Part shown: piece by piece, positions 37,502 through 47,518 of the stretch | Layout of the letters: every line of letters starts with the position of its first letter | Numbering within the stretch: the first letter of the stretch is position 1 | NCBI GenBank assembly: GCA_964404275.1 | Contig: CAYOJH010000001.1 | Coordinates: 41,512 to 105,511, forward strand | Direction of reading: 5' to 3' | Length of the DNA stretch: 64,000 nt | DNA from: an uncultured Gammaproteobacteria bacterium | Lineage (GTDB): Bacteria > Patescibacteriota > Patescibacteriia > SG8-24 > DYFX01 | Notes under the pieces: model-generated | What the model saw: only the letters and a program-made list of their open reading frames with translations | What the model was told of the DNA's origin: nothing | Databases searched by the model: none | Program-made: the position numbers and the translations under genes

Positions 37502-38593
37502 TCAGAGATACTTCTTCATTTTTTTTCTTTCGAGCGCCTCGACGAGCCGTTTGACGTCCTGGGCGCGCTCCTTCGGGCAGACCAGAATGACGTCTTCCGT
37601 TTCGAGCACGATCATGTCCTTGAGGCCGGCGGTGGCGATGAGTTTGCCGGTGAAGCTGTACAGCAAGTTGCCGCTCGACTCGTGGCCGAGATGCTTGCCG
37701 CGCGTGACGTTCGCGTCCGGCTTGCCGGAGAGAACGTCGTGGACGGCGCGCCAATGGCCGACGTCGGCCCAGCCGAAATCCGCCGGCACGACCAGCATCT
37801 TCTTTTCCTTTTCGAGCAGGCCGTAGTCGATCGAGATCGGCATCATGGCTTCGAAGGCGCGAGAGAGCGTCTTCGCGTAGCGCGGCTTGTCGCACGCCTT
37901 GCGGATCGATTCCAGCCGTTTCCAGATTTTCGGCAAGTGCGCGCGAAAAGCGGCCATCAGCGTCTCCGCCTGCGCCACGATCAGCGTCGGATTCCAAAGA
38001 TACTCCCACTGCGCGACGTAGATCTTGGCCGTGGCGAGATCCGGCTTCTCGCGGAAGCCTTCGACCTCGAAGACGTCGTCATGTCCGCCGGGACGCGCGA
38101 AACGCATCGGCTGAGAACCCATTTTGATGTAGCCGTAGCCCGTTTCCGGATAGGCCGGGCGGATGCCGATGAGCGCCAGGCGCCCGGTCTTGCGGGCGGT
38201 TTTTTCCGCCACGCGGATCACGCGCCAATATTCTTTTTCGTTCTTCACGAACGCGTCGGAGTTGATGGTCGCGATGGTCGCGTGGGGATCGCGAGCGAGC
38301 GCGACGGCGGCGCCGAAGCCCACGGCCGCGGCCGTATCGCGCTTCATCGGTTCGACCAGCAGGTTCCGATCGGGAAGTTCGGGCAGGTCCCGGCGGATGA
38401 GTTCCGCTTGCGCGGCGTTCGTCACGACCAGGATGCGCGAAGCGGGCAGGCCTTGGCGGAGCCGCTTCCACGTCGAACGCAGCAACGTGTCCGCGCCCAA
38501 GATGGGCTGGAGCTGTTTCGGCGTTTTTTTTCTGGAAACCGGCCACAAGCGCGTGCCGCTTCCGCCGGCGAGCAGGATCGCGTAAAGGCTCAT
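37502..38593 (-). CDS. manC: Mannose-1-phosphate guanylyltransferase
   Basis: LAGGSGTRLWPVSR, PKQL, ETGYGYI, FREKP, SIDYG, GWADVG. Confidence 0.9.
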   Translation of the reverse strand: MSLYAILLAGGSGTRLWPVSRKKTPKQLQPILGADTLLRSTWKRLRQGLPASRILVVTNAAQAELIRRDLPELPDRNLLVEPMKRDTAAAVGFGAAVALARDPHATIATINSDAFVKNEKEYWRVIRVAEKTARKTGRLALIGIRPAYPETGYGYIKMGSQPMRFARPGGHDDVFEVEGFREKPDLATAKIYVAQWEYLWNPTLIVAQAETLMAAFRAHLPKIWKRLESIRKACDKPRYAKTLSRAFEAMMPISIDYGLLEKEKKMLVVPADFGWADVGHWRAVHDVLSGKPDANVTRGKHLGHESSGNLLYSFTGKLIATAGLKDMIVLETEDVILVCPKERAQDVKRLVEALERKKMKKYL

Positions 38594-39177
38594 GCGTCGC
38601 GCTTCTTGTATTTCCGGAAGACGGGAAGCAATTCGAGATACGGCTCGACGCCTTTCTTGATCGGCGCCGCCAAGCGGGCGGACAGGTAGCCGACCGCCAG
38701 GCCGCCGAGGATGTCGGAGGGATAGTGCACGCCGGCCGCAATGCGCGAGAGACCGACCGCCGCGGCGAGGACCAGAAGCAGCCAGCCCCATTTCTTGTTA
38801 TGCAGCCAGATGCCGAAGGCCATCGCGAAAGCGACGCTGGCGTGGCCGGACGGAAATGATTTTTCGAGCGGCGATTTTTCGATCAGCTTGACGACGTTCG
38901 GCAAGGTCACGAACGGTCTCGGCCGAAACCAGAGGAAGCCGATGACGATCTCGACGATCAACGCCAGCACGCTTCCGATGACGACGTGGAACAGGTTCTC
39001 GACGCGGCCCTCGAAGTGGTCGGTCTTCCAGGAAACGGCGACATACGCCAGGACCAAGGCAACCATCACGATGATCAGTTTGTTCGCGCCGAAAATGAAA
39101 ACGGCGTCGAGGGCGACATTGCGTCCCGCGAGCCCGTTCAACAGCCTGAAGATCCGAACGTCCAAGGTCATGGACAT
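38590..39177 (-). CDS. PAP2 phosphatase (BcrC-like undecaprenyl-PP phosphatase)
   Basis: RPRPF, SFPSGH, SRI..GVHYPSD. Confidence 0.88.
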   Translation of the reverse strand: MSMTLDVRIFRLLNGLAGRNVALDAVFIFGANKLIIVMVALVLAYVAVSWKTDHFEGRVENLFHVVIGSVLALIVEIVIGFLWFRPRPFVTLPNVVKLIEKSPLEKSFPSGHASVAFAMAFGIWLHNKKWGWLLLVLAAAVGLSRIAAGVHYPSDILGGLAVGYLSARLAAPIKKGVEPYLELLPVFRKYKKRDA

Positions 39178-39215
39178 GCCGACATCATAGCCGCGGAACG
39201 GCCTTTTGAAAAGGC

Positions 39216-40016
39216 TCAGCCGCGGCCGAGCAGCAGGCAGCCCAGGAAGACGGCGATCGCGGCGGCGACGATCGTGCCGCCCGCCGCCAGGTCGAGCGCG
39301 TAGGACAGGAAGAAGCCGGTCACGACCGCGACGAGCGAAAGCGCCACGGACAGCAGATGCGTTTTTTTGAAGCCGAGACCGAAGCGCGCGGCGGAGAGCA
39401 CCGGCACGACCATCAAGGCGCCGACCAAGAGCGCGCCGACGATGCGGAGCGACAGGGCGATCGTCAAGCCGGCCAGCACGGCCAAGAGCGCGTTGAAAAC
39501 GCCGCCGCGCAAGCCGCCCGCCGCCGCCAACTCCTCGTCGAGGCCGATCAGGAAAAATTCCTTGTAGCACGCGATGATCACGAGGAGCACGAGCGCCCCG
39601 AGCGCGAGCACGGTCGCGACGTCGGCCCGCGAGACGGTCGTCACGCTGCCGAACAGGTAGGAAAAGAGGCCGGCGTTGAACCCATGCGCGACGCCGATCA
39701 GGATGACGGCCAAGGCCAAGCTGCCCGAAAGCACGAGCGCGAGCACCGATTCGCCGAACAAGCCGCCCTTGGCCCGCAGCCGCTCGATCAGAAGCGCGGC
39801 CAAGATCGCCAGCGCGATGGCCGCGGCGATCGGATTGAAGCCGAGGAGCAGGCCGAGCGCCACGCCGGCCAGCGAAACGTGCGCGAGCGTGTCGGCCAGG
39901 AACGATTGGCGGCGCACGACCAAAAAGATGCCGATCGTCGGCGCGATGACCGCCACGGCCAGCGCGGCGACGAATCCGCGCACCAGGAAATCGTAGTGGA
40001 AAATCGAAAAAAGCAT
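39216..40016 (-). CDS. znuB: Zn/Mn ABC transporter permease
   Basis: DTLAHVSLAG, YLFGS, VGALLV. Confidence 0.88.
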   Translation of the reverse strand: MLFSIFHYDFLVRGFVAALAVAVIAPTIGIFLVVRRQSFLADTLAHVSLAGVALGLLLGFNPIAAAIALAILAALLIERLRAKGGLFGESVLALVLSGSLALAVILIGVAHGFNAGLFSYLFGSVTTVSRADVATVLALGALVLLVIIACYKEFFLIGLDEELAAAGGLRGGVFNALLAVLAGLTIALSLRIVGALLVGALMVVPVLSAARFGLGFKKTHLLSVALSLVAVVTGFFLSYALDLAAGGTIVAAAIAVFLGCLLLGRG

Positions 40017-40017
40017 A

Positions 40018-40779
40018 TCAGTGCGAATGATGTTCGTGTTCGACGAGCTTCATCTCGCGGCCGTAGAGCTGCACCAGGAAATCTTCTTTCAGGTATTCGC
40101 CGGGCCGTCCGTGGCAGACCATCTCGTGATTGAGGCACAGAACCGACGTGGTCTCGCGCGAGACGAACTCGACGTCGTGCGTCACGAAGACGATCGTCAT
40201 GCCGAGCTCGCGATTCGCTTTCGCCAGGAATTCGCGGAAGACGTTCTGCGCGGCCGCGTCGACGCCGACAGTCGGCTCGTCGAGCACCAGGATGCGCGGC
40301 TTGGCGGCCAGGGCGCGGGCGATGTACGCGCGCTGCCGTTCGCCGCCCGAGAGCGCGCCGATCTTCCGTTTCGCGTAGGCGTCGACGCCGAGCGTGCGCA
40401 TCGCGTCCCGCACGGCGGTTTCATCCTCCTTCGTCCAGAAGCGGAACAGCCCGCGCCGCGGCGTGCGGCCGCTTTCGACGATCTCGCGGACCGTGGCCGG
40501 AAAATCCGCGGCGTTGCCGGAGACGCGCTGCGGCACGTAACCAACGTCGGCGCGCGCGCGCGGATCGGACGACGGCCGGCCGAAGATGCGGATCTCCCCC
40601 GCCGCCGGCTTGAGCAGTCCGAGCAGGAGCTTCACGAGCGTGGTCTTGCCGCCGCCGTTCGGTCCGATGACCGCCAAATACTCCCCGCTTTTCAGCGCGA
40701 AATCGACGTCCTTGAGCACGTCGGCGCCTCCGTAGGAGAAGGTCAGGTTGTGGGCCTCGATGGCGAAAGGCGGATTCAT
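40018..40779 (-). CDS. znuC: Zn/Mn ABC transporter ATPase
   Basis: GPNGGGKTT, GYVPQ, LSGGERQR, LDEPTVGVD, His-rich C-terminus. Confidence 0.9.
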   Translation of the reverse strand: MNPPFAIEAHNLTFSYGGADVLKDVDFALKSGEYLAVIGPNGGGKTTLVKLLLGLLKPAAGEIRIFGRPSSDPRARADVGYVPQRVSGNAADFPATVREIVESGRTPRRGLFRFWTKEDETAVRDAMRTLGVDAYAKRKIGALSGGERQRAYIARALAAKPRILVLDEPTVGVDAAAQNVFREFLAKANRELGMTIVFVTHDVEFVSRETTSVLCLNHEMVCHGRPGEYLKEDFLVQLYGREMKLVEHEHHSH

Positions 40780-41669
40780 GAGCAGGTTAAAGCGGATCGG
40801 AGCGCCTCAAGATTCTGACGCATGAGCGAGAGATAGTCTTTCCCGGCGGCCAGCTCGTCCGGCGTCAAGCCTTCGACGGGATCGAAGACGGAGGTCGTCA
40901 CGCCGATTTCTTGCGCGATGGTCTGCGCGAGCTTCGGACTCACGAGCGTTTCAAAAAAGATCGTCTTTGCATGTCCGGCCTTGGCCAAGGCCGCAACTTC
41001 TGCCATCCGCTTCGGCGAAGGCTCCTCGTCCGGCGAGAGTCCGGCGATCGGGATGATCGTCAACTGATAATGTTCCGCCATGTAGCCGAGCGCGTCGTGC
41101 GACGCCACGACGGTTCGCGTCGCGCAGCTCGCCAAACCCTTGTGATACGACTCGTCGAGCGCGTCCAGCTGCGCGATGTACGCGGTCGCGTTGGCGCGAT
41201 ACGTCTCCGCGTGCGCGGGATCCGCCGCGACGAACGCGCCCAGGATCATGCCGACGATCTGTTCGGCAAAATCCGGAACGAGCCAGACATGCGGATCTTT
41301 TCCGATCGAAGGGAACGCGTCTTGGACGCGCATCACGCGGACGCCCGAGGCGCGCAGATCGGGCACGACGCGGTCGAGCCAAGCGTCGACGCCGCCGTTC
41401 ATCAGCACGACCTGCGCGTCATGCGCCGCCACGAGATCCTGCGGCGTCGGTTCGTAGTCATGCGGTTCCCCGCCGGGCGGCACCAGCACTTTCACGTCGA
41501 CCAGGTTTCCGCCGACGTGCGAAGCGAAATCGCCCAACGGATAAAAGGTGGCGACGACGCGCAAGGCCGAGGCCGTGGCGGCCGGCGCTTTTCGAAGCGA
41601 GAGCGCGCGCCAGCCGACGAGGCCGGCCGCGGCCGCGAGCAGCGCGAGGAAGAGAAGGGATCGTTTCAT
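40776..41669 (-). CDS. znuA: Zn ABC transporter substrate-binding protein
   Basis: EPHDYEP, DPHVWL, SHDA, PVE ligand motifs; start reset to 41669. Confidence 0.9.
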   Translation of the reverse strand: MKRSLLFLALLAAAAGLVGWRALSLRKAPAATASALRVVATFYPLGDFASHVGGNLVDVKVLVPPGGEPHDYEPTPQDLVAAHDAQVVLMNGGVDAWLDRVVPDLRASGVRVMRVQDAFPSIGKDPHVWLVPDFAEQIVGMILGAFVAADPAHAETYRANATAYIAQLDALDESYHKGLASCATRTVVASHDALGYMAEHYQLTIIPIAGLSPDEEPSPKRMAEVAALAKAGHAKTIFFETLVSPKLAQTIAQEIGVTTSVFDPVEGLTPDELAAGKDYLSLMRQNLEALRSALTCS

Positions 41670-41677
41670 ACCTCCCC

Positions 41678-41706
41678 AGTATTTGCGACATTGTCGCATT
41701 TGTCAA
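41678..41706 (-). promoter_or_regulatory. Sigma70 promoter TTGACA-17-AATACT with operator palindrome TGCGAC-N3-GTCGCA (41684-41698)
   Basis: Same 6-3-6 palindrome and architecture as 2094-2122. Confidence 0.85.
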
Positions 41707-43259
41707 CCCGCCTTTTCCACCGCGCGACGCATCGGCAGATCGGCGGCGATCCAGGCCGGCTTGTCGTTCTTGGTGAAATCGATCTCGTCGGTTTCCGTCT
41801 TTTCGTAGCCGGGCTTCAGGGCGGTCAGATAATAGACGCCCGCGCCGACGTTGAAATGGTAACGGCCCTGCGCGTCGGCCAGCTGCGTTTCAAGCACCTT
41901 GTGATAGGGCAGCGAAAGCACGCGCACGACCGCGCCGGCAATCGGCTTGCGCGTGTCGATGTCATGCACGACACCTTGCGATTTGGGCTTCGGCGGTTCG
42001 GAAAAGCGCTTGAACAGCTGATAGAAAAACAGCTGGATCAGGAAGAGGAGCAGCATCGGCACCGACGGCGTGACGGCCAGCGCGAGCGCGGCGAGGCTGG
42101 GGCCGACCAGCGCGAAGGCTTTACGCAGCGATTTCTTGTTGCGTTCCGTGAGCAGGTCGCGGGCCTCCGTCAGCGGCGCTTGGGCGGGATCGAGCGGCAC
42201 GTTGACCGTCAGCGCTTGGCCGCTGCCGTCGGCGTGCAGGATCGTGCCGTGATAGAGGTCGGTATACAGTCCGACTTCGGCGGTGCCCTGAAGCGCGGCC
42301 GAAGGGAAAATGAAACCCGGTTTCACGACCTCCAGCCGGTAGTCCCCCATCCGTGGGGCGAAGGCGAAACGGCCATCTTTATCGGTGACCTTGGTCGCGG
42401 CGGCCCGGTTGGTCCGCGTGTCGATCAAGCGGACGGTGGCGAGATCGATCGGCACGCGCGTGTCCGAGCGGAACACGACGCCCCACTGCCGGTTCTTGCG
42501 GCCGGCGAAGAGCAGGAAAGGCTGCGTGAAGAGCACGAAGGCGAACTGACCGGCGCTGCCGAGCGGCAAAGCGCCCGAAGCGGCCGCGATCAAACTGGCC
42601 AGGGCGCCGAGCGCGGCGGCCGGCGCGATGAGCATGCGGTTCGCGGCCTGCACGTCCGGACGCATGGCCGCCTGGCGCGCGAGCGCGGCGGTTTCCTGGG
42701 CGGTGCCGAAGGCCGTCGCGATCTGTTCCTGCGTCGGAAGGTACTGCGTGAGGGTCGCGAACGTCGAAACGCCGCTGGCGCCGCGTTCAGAACCCAAGAT
42801 GCCGGTGTCGGTCAGGAGGTGCGGTCCGGCCGCGAGTTCGCCCGTCGGCGTCTCAAGCTCGAAGGACACTTCGTAGCTTTCGCAGTCGTGATCGCACAGG
42901 CTCCCGTCCTTGTGCTTGGCGTGATAAAGGTACGGCACGCCGTGCGGCAGCATGTTGTAGGGCACGTTCTGCATGTAGACGATCCCCTTCTGCGCGCCAT
43001 CGCGGGTGATGCCGCCATCCGAGATCATCTTGGCGTCGTCCGCACCGAGCACCAGCCCCGCATGCGGCGCGTCGGGGTACTTGCTGTTCTGCTCGAAATA
43101 CAACTCGATCGCGCTGTGGATCGCGGAGATATCGGACACGCGGCGAGTGTCGCGCGCCCGCGCGCGGACGTACTGGTACGACGTCGAAGCCGTCACCGCC
43201 AAGAGGCCGATGATCGAGACGGTCACGAGCAGTTCGACGAGGGTAAAGCCTCTCTTCAT
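41703..43259 (-). CDS. Type IV pilin-like domain fused to TM segments and two carboxypeptidase-regulatory-like domains
   Basis: MKRG/FTLVELL prepilin site, ARDTRR.SD; later GVV..DTR.PI..A.VR...D..GR repeats. Confidence 0.75.
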   Translation of the reverse strand: MKRGFTLVELLVTVSIIGLLAVTASTSYQYVRARARDTRRVSDISAIHSAIELYFEQNSKYPDAPHAGLVLGADDAKMISDGGITRDGAQKGIVYMQNVPYNMLPHGVPYLYHAKHKDGSLCDHDCESYEVSFELETPTGELAAGPHLLTDTGILGSERGASGVSTFATLTQYLPTQEQIATAFGTAQETAALARQAAMRPDVQAANRMLIAPAAALGALASLIAAASGALPLGSAGQFAFVLFTQPFLLFAGRKNRQWGVVFRSDTRVPIDLATVRLIDTRTNRAAATKVTDKDGRFAFAPRMGDYRLEVVKPGFIFPSAALQGTAEVGLYTDLYHGTILHADGSGQALTVNVPLDPAQAPLTEARDLLTERNKKSLRKAFALVGPSLAALALAVTPSVPMLLLFLIQLFFYQLFKRFSEPPKPKSQGVVHDIDTRKPIAGAVVRVLSLPYHKVLETQLADAQGRYHFNVGAGVYYLTALKPGYEKTETDEIDFTKNDKPAWIAADLPMRRAVEKAG

Positions 43260-43894
43260 GGCTTCGGAGTCTTGTGAGGGTAGGCACAGAAACGGGCGAC
43301 GGGGCATTTCCAGCAGCGCGGGCGTCCCGGGATGCAGATCGTGCGGCCGAATTGGACGAACACGCGATTGACGTGGAGCCACAGGTCTTTCGGGATCAGG
43401 CGCATGAGCGCGAGCTCCGTCTTGAGCGGATCCTTCGTTCGCGTCCAGCCGAGGCGATTCGCGATGCGATGCACGTGCGTGTCGACCGCGATCGCGGGCT
43501 TTTTAAAAGCATAACACAAAACGCAGTTAGCCGTTTTGCGGCCGACGCCCGGCAACGCGATCAGTGTCCCCGTGGTGTCAGGCACTTTGCCTTGGTGATC
43601 GCGCAGCAATGCCTCCGCGATCCCCTTCATGGATTTGGCTTTGGCGCGATACAAACCGATTTCCTTGATCGTGTCGGCGATTTCGGGGACGGAGGCTTTG
43701 GTCAACGAGACGAGCGTCGGAAATTTTTTCCGCAACTTCGGATAGACCTTCAAGACCTGCTCGTCGCGCGTGCGCGCCGACAAGACGGTCGCCAAAAGCA
43801 CATCCTCAGCGCGATCAAGTTCGACCGCGCCCTTGCCGGGAAAATCCCGTTTCAAAATTTCGATCACTTTGCGGATCGCGGCGGTCGTTGGCAT
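43256..43894 (-). CDS. nth: Endonuclease III
   Basis: LSARTRD, LPGVGRKTAN, VDTHV, C-x6-C-x2-C-x5-C. Confidence 0.95.
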   Translation of the reverse strand: MPTTAAIRKVIEILKRDFPGKGAVELDRAEDVLLATVLSARTRDEQVLKVYPKLRKKFPTLVSLTKASVPEIADTIKEIGLYRAKAKSMKGIAEALLRDHQGKVPDTTGTLIALPGVGRKTANCVLCYAFKKPAIAVDTHVHRIANRLGWTRTKDPLKTELALMRLIPKDLWLHVNRVFVQFGRTICIPGRPRCWKCPVARFCAYPHKTPKP

Positions 43895-44709
43895 ACGGGA
43901 CAATAATGCGCGCCGCGCTGGGCAACCCACATCTTCTTTAAAGGCGCGCCGCAGCGGCGGCACGGTTTTCCGTCGCGCCCATAGGCCCAGAGATGCGGCA
44001 CGTTTTCGCCTTTTTCGCCGTACAGATCGCGGAAATTGTCGGCCGATGTGCCGAGGCGCTTCACCGACGCCCTCATCGATTTCAGCGCGCCTTCGTAGAC
44101 GTCTTTCAATTCTTTTTCGGAAAGCGAGCCGACCGTGCGCTCCGGATGCACCTTGGCGTACCAGCAGGCTTCATCGGCGTAGATGTTGCCGATGCCGGCG
44201 ATGCAGGTCTGCTCCATCAAAAGCGGTTTGATTTTTTTGCTCGGCCGTCCGGTCACGCACATCTTGAAACGCGCGAACGTGAACGACGGATCGAGCGGCT
44301 CGGGGCCGTACCCTTCTTTGTCGAAAATCGTTTTTTCGAGATCGGCGGTCTTCACGAGTTTCAGGAATCCGAATTTGCGCACGTCGTCGAACCACAGCTG
44401 TTCCTTCTTATCGAGACGAAATACGACATGGACGTGCTTCGAAGGTACGACCGTTTCCTTTTTCAAAAGATACGAGCCGGTCATTTTCAGATGCGTGACG
44501 ATCGTCCAGCCGTTCGAGAGATGGAGCAACAGCAATTTCGCGCGGCGGCCAAAGGCCTTGAACTTCGCGCCAATCGCCGCTTTCACCAGCGCGGAGGGCG
44601 ACGGCTGAATCTTCCTGCCGAAGCGGACTTCGACGCCCAAAATCCTGCGCCCGACCAGCGCTTTTTCCATCTGACGGCGGAGCGTTTCGACTTCGGGAAG
44701 TTCGGGCAT
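43864..44709 (-). CDS. mutM: Formamidopyrimidine-DNA glycosylase
   Basis: MPELPEVE, HLKMTG, GIGNIYADE, C-terminal Zn finger. Confidence 0.97.
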   Translation of the reverse strand: MPELPEVETLRRQMEKALVGRRILGVEVRFGRKIQPSPSALVKAAIGAKFKAFGRRAKLLLLHLSNGWTIVTHLKMTGSYLLKKETVVPSKHVHVVFRLDKKEQLWFDDVRKFGFLKLVKTADLEKTIFDKEGYGPEPLDPSFTFARFKMCVTGRPSKKIKPLLMEQTCIAGIGNIYADEACWYAKVHPERTVGSLSEKELKDVYEGALKSMRASVKRLGTSADNFRDLYGEKGENVPHLWAYGRDGKPCRRCGAPLKKMWVAQRGAHYCPVCQRPPRSAK

Positions 44710-44763
44710 GCGAGGCCAGTGTAAAAGAAAAGACGGCCTTGGAGAAGGCCGCTCTGAGAATGA

Positions 44764-45207
44764 TCAGATATCGAGGAGCTTGACCTGATAGGTCAGGAAG
44801 GGGCAAACAAGCTCGCCGGAAGGAGGCGCGAGGCGGTATTGCGCTTCGCGACCTGTTTCCCGGATGCGCCGCACCGCCTCGATCGCGGCGGAAAACGCCA
44901 CGACCGCGTCGAGCGCCCCGTCCGTCGTGAACTGCGCCAGGACGCAGGGGGCGCCGTTCGAGAGCGACGTGGCGACGGCCGTGTAGACCGTCATATAGAT
45001 CTTGTCCGGCGCGAACGGTTCGAGCAGTTGCTCGTAGCGAGCATTCTCTTCGGGCGACCAGTCAACCCGGTGCTCCCGACGCGCGGTCGCGACATCGCAG
45101 CGCGCCTGCGCGATGGCGTTCTCGATGTCGCGCCCATAGGCCGCGACCGCCTTCCTCCGCGCGGCGTCGGCCAGCTCGTTCTCGTGCTCCTGATCGTTCG
45201 GATGCAT
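44764..45207 (-). CDS. Hypothetical protein
   Basis: SD GGGGAGG before ATG 45207; downstream hairpin at about 44724-44752. Confidence 0.6.
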   Translation of the reverse strand: MHPNDQEHENELADAARRKAVAAYGRDIENAIAQARCDVATARREHRVDWSPEENARYEQLLEPFAPDKIYMTVYTAVATSLSNGAPCVLAQFTTDGALDAVVAFSAAIEAVRRIRETGREAQYRLAPPSGELVCPFLTYQVKLLDI

Positions 45208-45278
45208 GGATTCCTCCCCCGCCAGCCTCCGCCGATCGCCGCAATTTGTCAACCCCCATGTGTTAGAATGAAGTCCGT

Positions 45279-46307
45279 ATGCGCGCCGCCGAGTTCGAAT
45301 ACGACCTGCCCGAAAGGCTGATCGCCCAGAAACCCGCTTCGCCGCGCGAGTCGGCCCGGCTTTTGGTGTTGGATCGGATGAAGGATGCGCTCCGGCACCG
45401 GCACGTGCGGGATCTTCCCGAGTTTTTGGAAAAGGGCGACGTGCTCGTCGTGAACGTCAGCAAAGTCTTCAAAGCGCGTCTGACCGGAAAGCTGAACGAT
45501 GCGCGAAAGACGAAGGTCGAGCTGTTCCTCGTCCGTCCCGAAGGGAAATTCTGGCGCGCGCTGGCGAAACCGGGACGCAAACTGGCGCATGGCTCGCTGA
45601 TCAAGATCGCCTCTGGCTTCGTCGCGAGGGTCGAGTGGAAAGACGCGGACGGGTCGATCCTGGTGGATTTCGGACTGAAGAAAGACGAAGTGATCCGGCT
45701 CGCCGACGCGCACGGCGAAGTGCCGCTGCCGCCCTACATCACCCGCAAGCCCAAAACGCCGGCGGAATACCAGACGGTCTACGCGCGGCATGTCGGTTCC
45801 GTCGCCGCGCCGACGGCCGGCTTCCATCTGACGAAACCGTTGATTGCCAAATTGAAAAAGAAGGGCGTGATCTTTTTGGAAGTCACGCTGCACGTCGGCC
45901 TCGGCACCTTCCTGCCGATTCGCGCCGACGACCTCGAGGAGCACACGATGCATGCCGAGTGGGTCGAGATTCCCACCAAGACGGTTAAGGAAATTTTGAA
46001 AGCGAAGATCGAGAAGCGCCGCGTGATCGCCATCGGCACCACGACCGCTCGCGCGCTCGAGGGCGCGGTCCAGCAATGCGGCGGCGAGCTTTGCGCCTGG
46101 CACGGCGACGTGAATCTCTTCATCCGTCCCGGTTTCACATTCCGCGTCATCGACGCGCTCATGACGAATTTCCATCTGCCGAAATCGACGCTGCTCGTGC
46201 TCGTTTCGGCGCTGGCGGGGCGCCCGAAAATCCTCAAGGCGTACAAGGAAGCCGTCAAGAAAAAATACCGCTTCTACAGCTACGGCGACGCGATGCTGAT
46301 CCTCTAG
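45279..46307 (+). CDS. queA: S-adenosylmethionine:tRNA ribosyltransferase-isomerase
   Basis: YDLPERLIAQKP, PLPPYI, GSVAAPTAG, LHVGLGTF, TNFHLPKSTL, YRFYSYGDAM. Confidence 0.97.
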   Translation: MRAAEFEYDLPERLIAQKPASPRESARLLVLDRMKDALRHRHVRDLPEFLEKGDVLVVNVSKVFKARLTGKLNDARKTKVELFLVRPEGKFWRALAKPGRKLAHGSLIKIASGFVARVEWKDADGSILVDFGLKKDEVIRLADAHGEVPLPPYITRKPKTPAEYQTVYARHVGSVAAPTAGFHLTKPLIAKLKKKGVIFLEVTLHVGLGTFLPIRADDLEEHTMHAEWVEIPTKTVKEILKAKIEKRRVIAIGTTTARALEGAVQQCGGELCAWHGDVNLFIRPGFTFRVIDALMTNFHLPKSTLLVLVSALAGRPKILKAYKEAVKKKYRFYSYGDAMLIL

Positions 46308-46367
46308 AGGTTGACCGCCCGCCGCCCGGATGCTCCAATGGGTTCAGCACCTTGAAAGGAGGCGCCC

Positions 46368-46883
46368 GTGTCGCAAGACGATGATGATCTGAAAAGCGTC
46401 TCCGAGGCCATGGCCGAGTGGGACAATCTTTTGCCGCCGAATCACGGCGGTCGCACGCTCGTGGCCGGACTCCACGCCCTGGAAAGCGGCGAACTCGAAC
46501 ACGCGCCGCTCGAGGGTTCGGACGAAACGGTCGGCGCGACCTGGCTCTCGATCCTGTCTCTCGGAACCGTCGCGAACGGCGCGCTCAAGTATTTCATCTA
46601 TCCCGCCGCGGAAACGAATGAAGACTTGCTCCATCGCGATACGCTCTTGACCGCGATCGAGGACCGGCCCGAGTCCGAAAGCGATCCGATGGCGGTCGTG
46701 GCCGAAACGGTTCCGCCTTCGACCACGCTCGCACTCGCCTACTTCGGCCTGTATCAAGGCGCACGCGCGATCGGCGTCGCTTGGAACCGGCGTTACGATC
46801 GCAGGACGGCGATCGGCCGCCTCAAGCTGGTGATCCGCCGCATCCGCGAAAACGAGGCGGCGGCCGCGAAAGGCGGGAGCTGA
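46368..46883 (+). CDS. Hypothetical protein
   Basis: SD AAAGGAGG, GTG start; UUCG-loop terminator at 46894-46913. Confidence 0.65.
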   Translation: MSQDDDDLKSVSEAMAEWDNLLPPNHGGRTLVAGLHALESGELEHAPLEGSDETVGATWLSILSLGTVANGALKYFIYPAAETNEDLLHRDTLLTAIEDRPESESDPMAVVAETVPPSTTLALAYFGLYQGARAIGVAWNRRYDRRTAIGRLKLVIRRIRENEAAAAKGGS

Positions 46884-46972
46884 TTCCCATCTGAACCGCT
46901 TCGGCGGTTTTTTCGTTTGACGCGCCGGATCCCGCGTGGTGAGCTGCGTGCAGCCCTTTTCCGGAGGTTCCC

Positions 46973-47491
46973 ATGGAAAGGATGACGCCAGAAGCGCTCG
47001 CGCTGTACGCGAACATCGTGTTCGCCGGCGAGCGCGAGCTCGTGAAGTTCAATCTCGTCTATGAGGTGCATAACGGCCTCCTGATCGCCGAGGTGCTCGA
47101 GGGCGACGCCGACGCGGCCACGTCCGAACGGCACATGCTCGCCGCCGCCTTCGCCTGCGCGATGGTCGGAGGCGGCCCGCGCATGCTGGCGAAAGTCTTC
47201 GAGATCGCCGCCGATCCCGACGCCACGATGATGGCCCTCGCGGAACGGATCGACGCCCTGCCGATCGTGATCTCGATGGAGGAGAAGGGCGAGCTGCAGA
47301 TCCAGCAGCGACCGCCCGTCATCGCCGCGGCCTTCGTCGCGGCGCAAGATCCGGACGGCAAGCCTTCCTACCTGCTCTATCGCCATCCCGAAGTCGACCG
47401 CGACCGCGCCATCATCATCCTGAAGGCGGTCCTGCGCGCGGCCGGCAACGCCGCGCTCGAAGCCGATACGCGCAAGTTCAGCGGAAACTAA
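46973..47491 (+). CDS. Hypothetical protein, possible paralog of 46368-46883
   Basis: SD GGAGG; terminator at about 47490-47520. Confidence 0.65.
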   Translation: MERMTPEALALYANIVFAGERELVKFNLVYEVHNGLLIAEVLEGDADAATSERHMLAAAFACAMVGGGPRMLAKVFEIAADPDATMMALAERIDALPIVISMEEKGELQIQQRPPVIAAAFVAAQDPDGKPSYLLYRHPEVDRDRAIIILKAVLRAAGNAALEADTRKFSGN

Positions 47492-47518
47492 ACCGCCTCG
47501 CGAACCGAGGCGGGTTTT

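Noticed and set aside
45208-45278. Possible preQ1 riboswitch at queA (or tgt)
   Set aside because: queA appears leaderless (TAGAAT 9 nt from ATG); no preQ1 stem or A-rich tail was seen at either gene.
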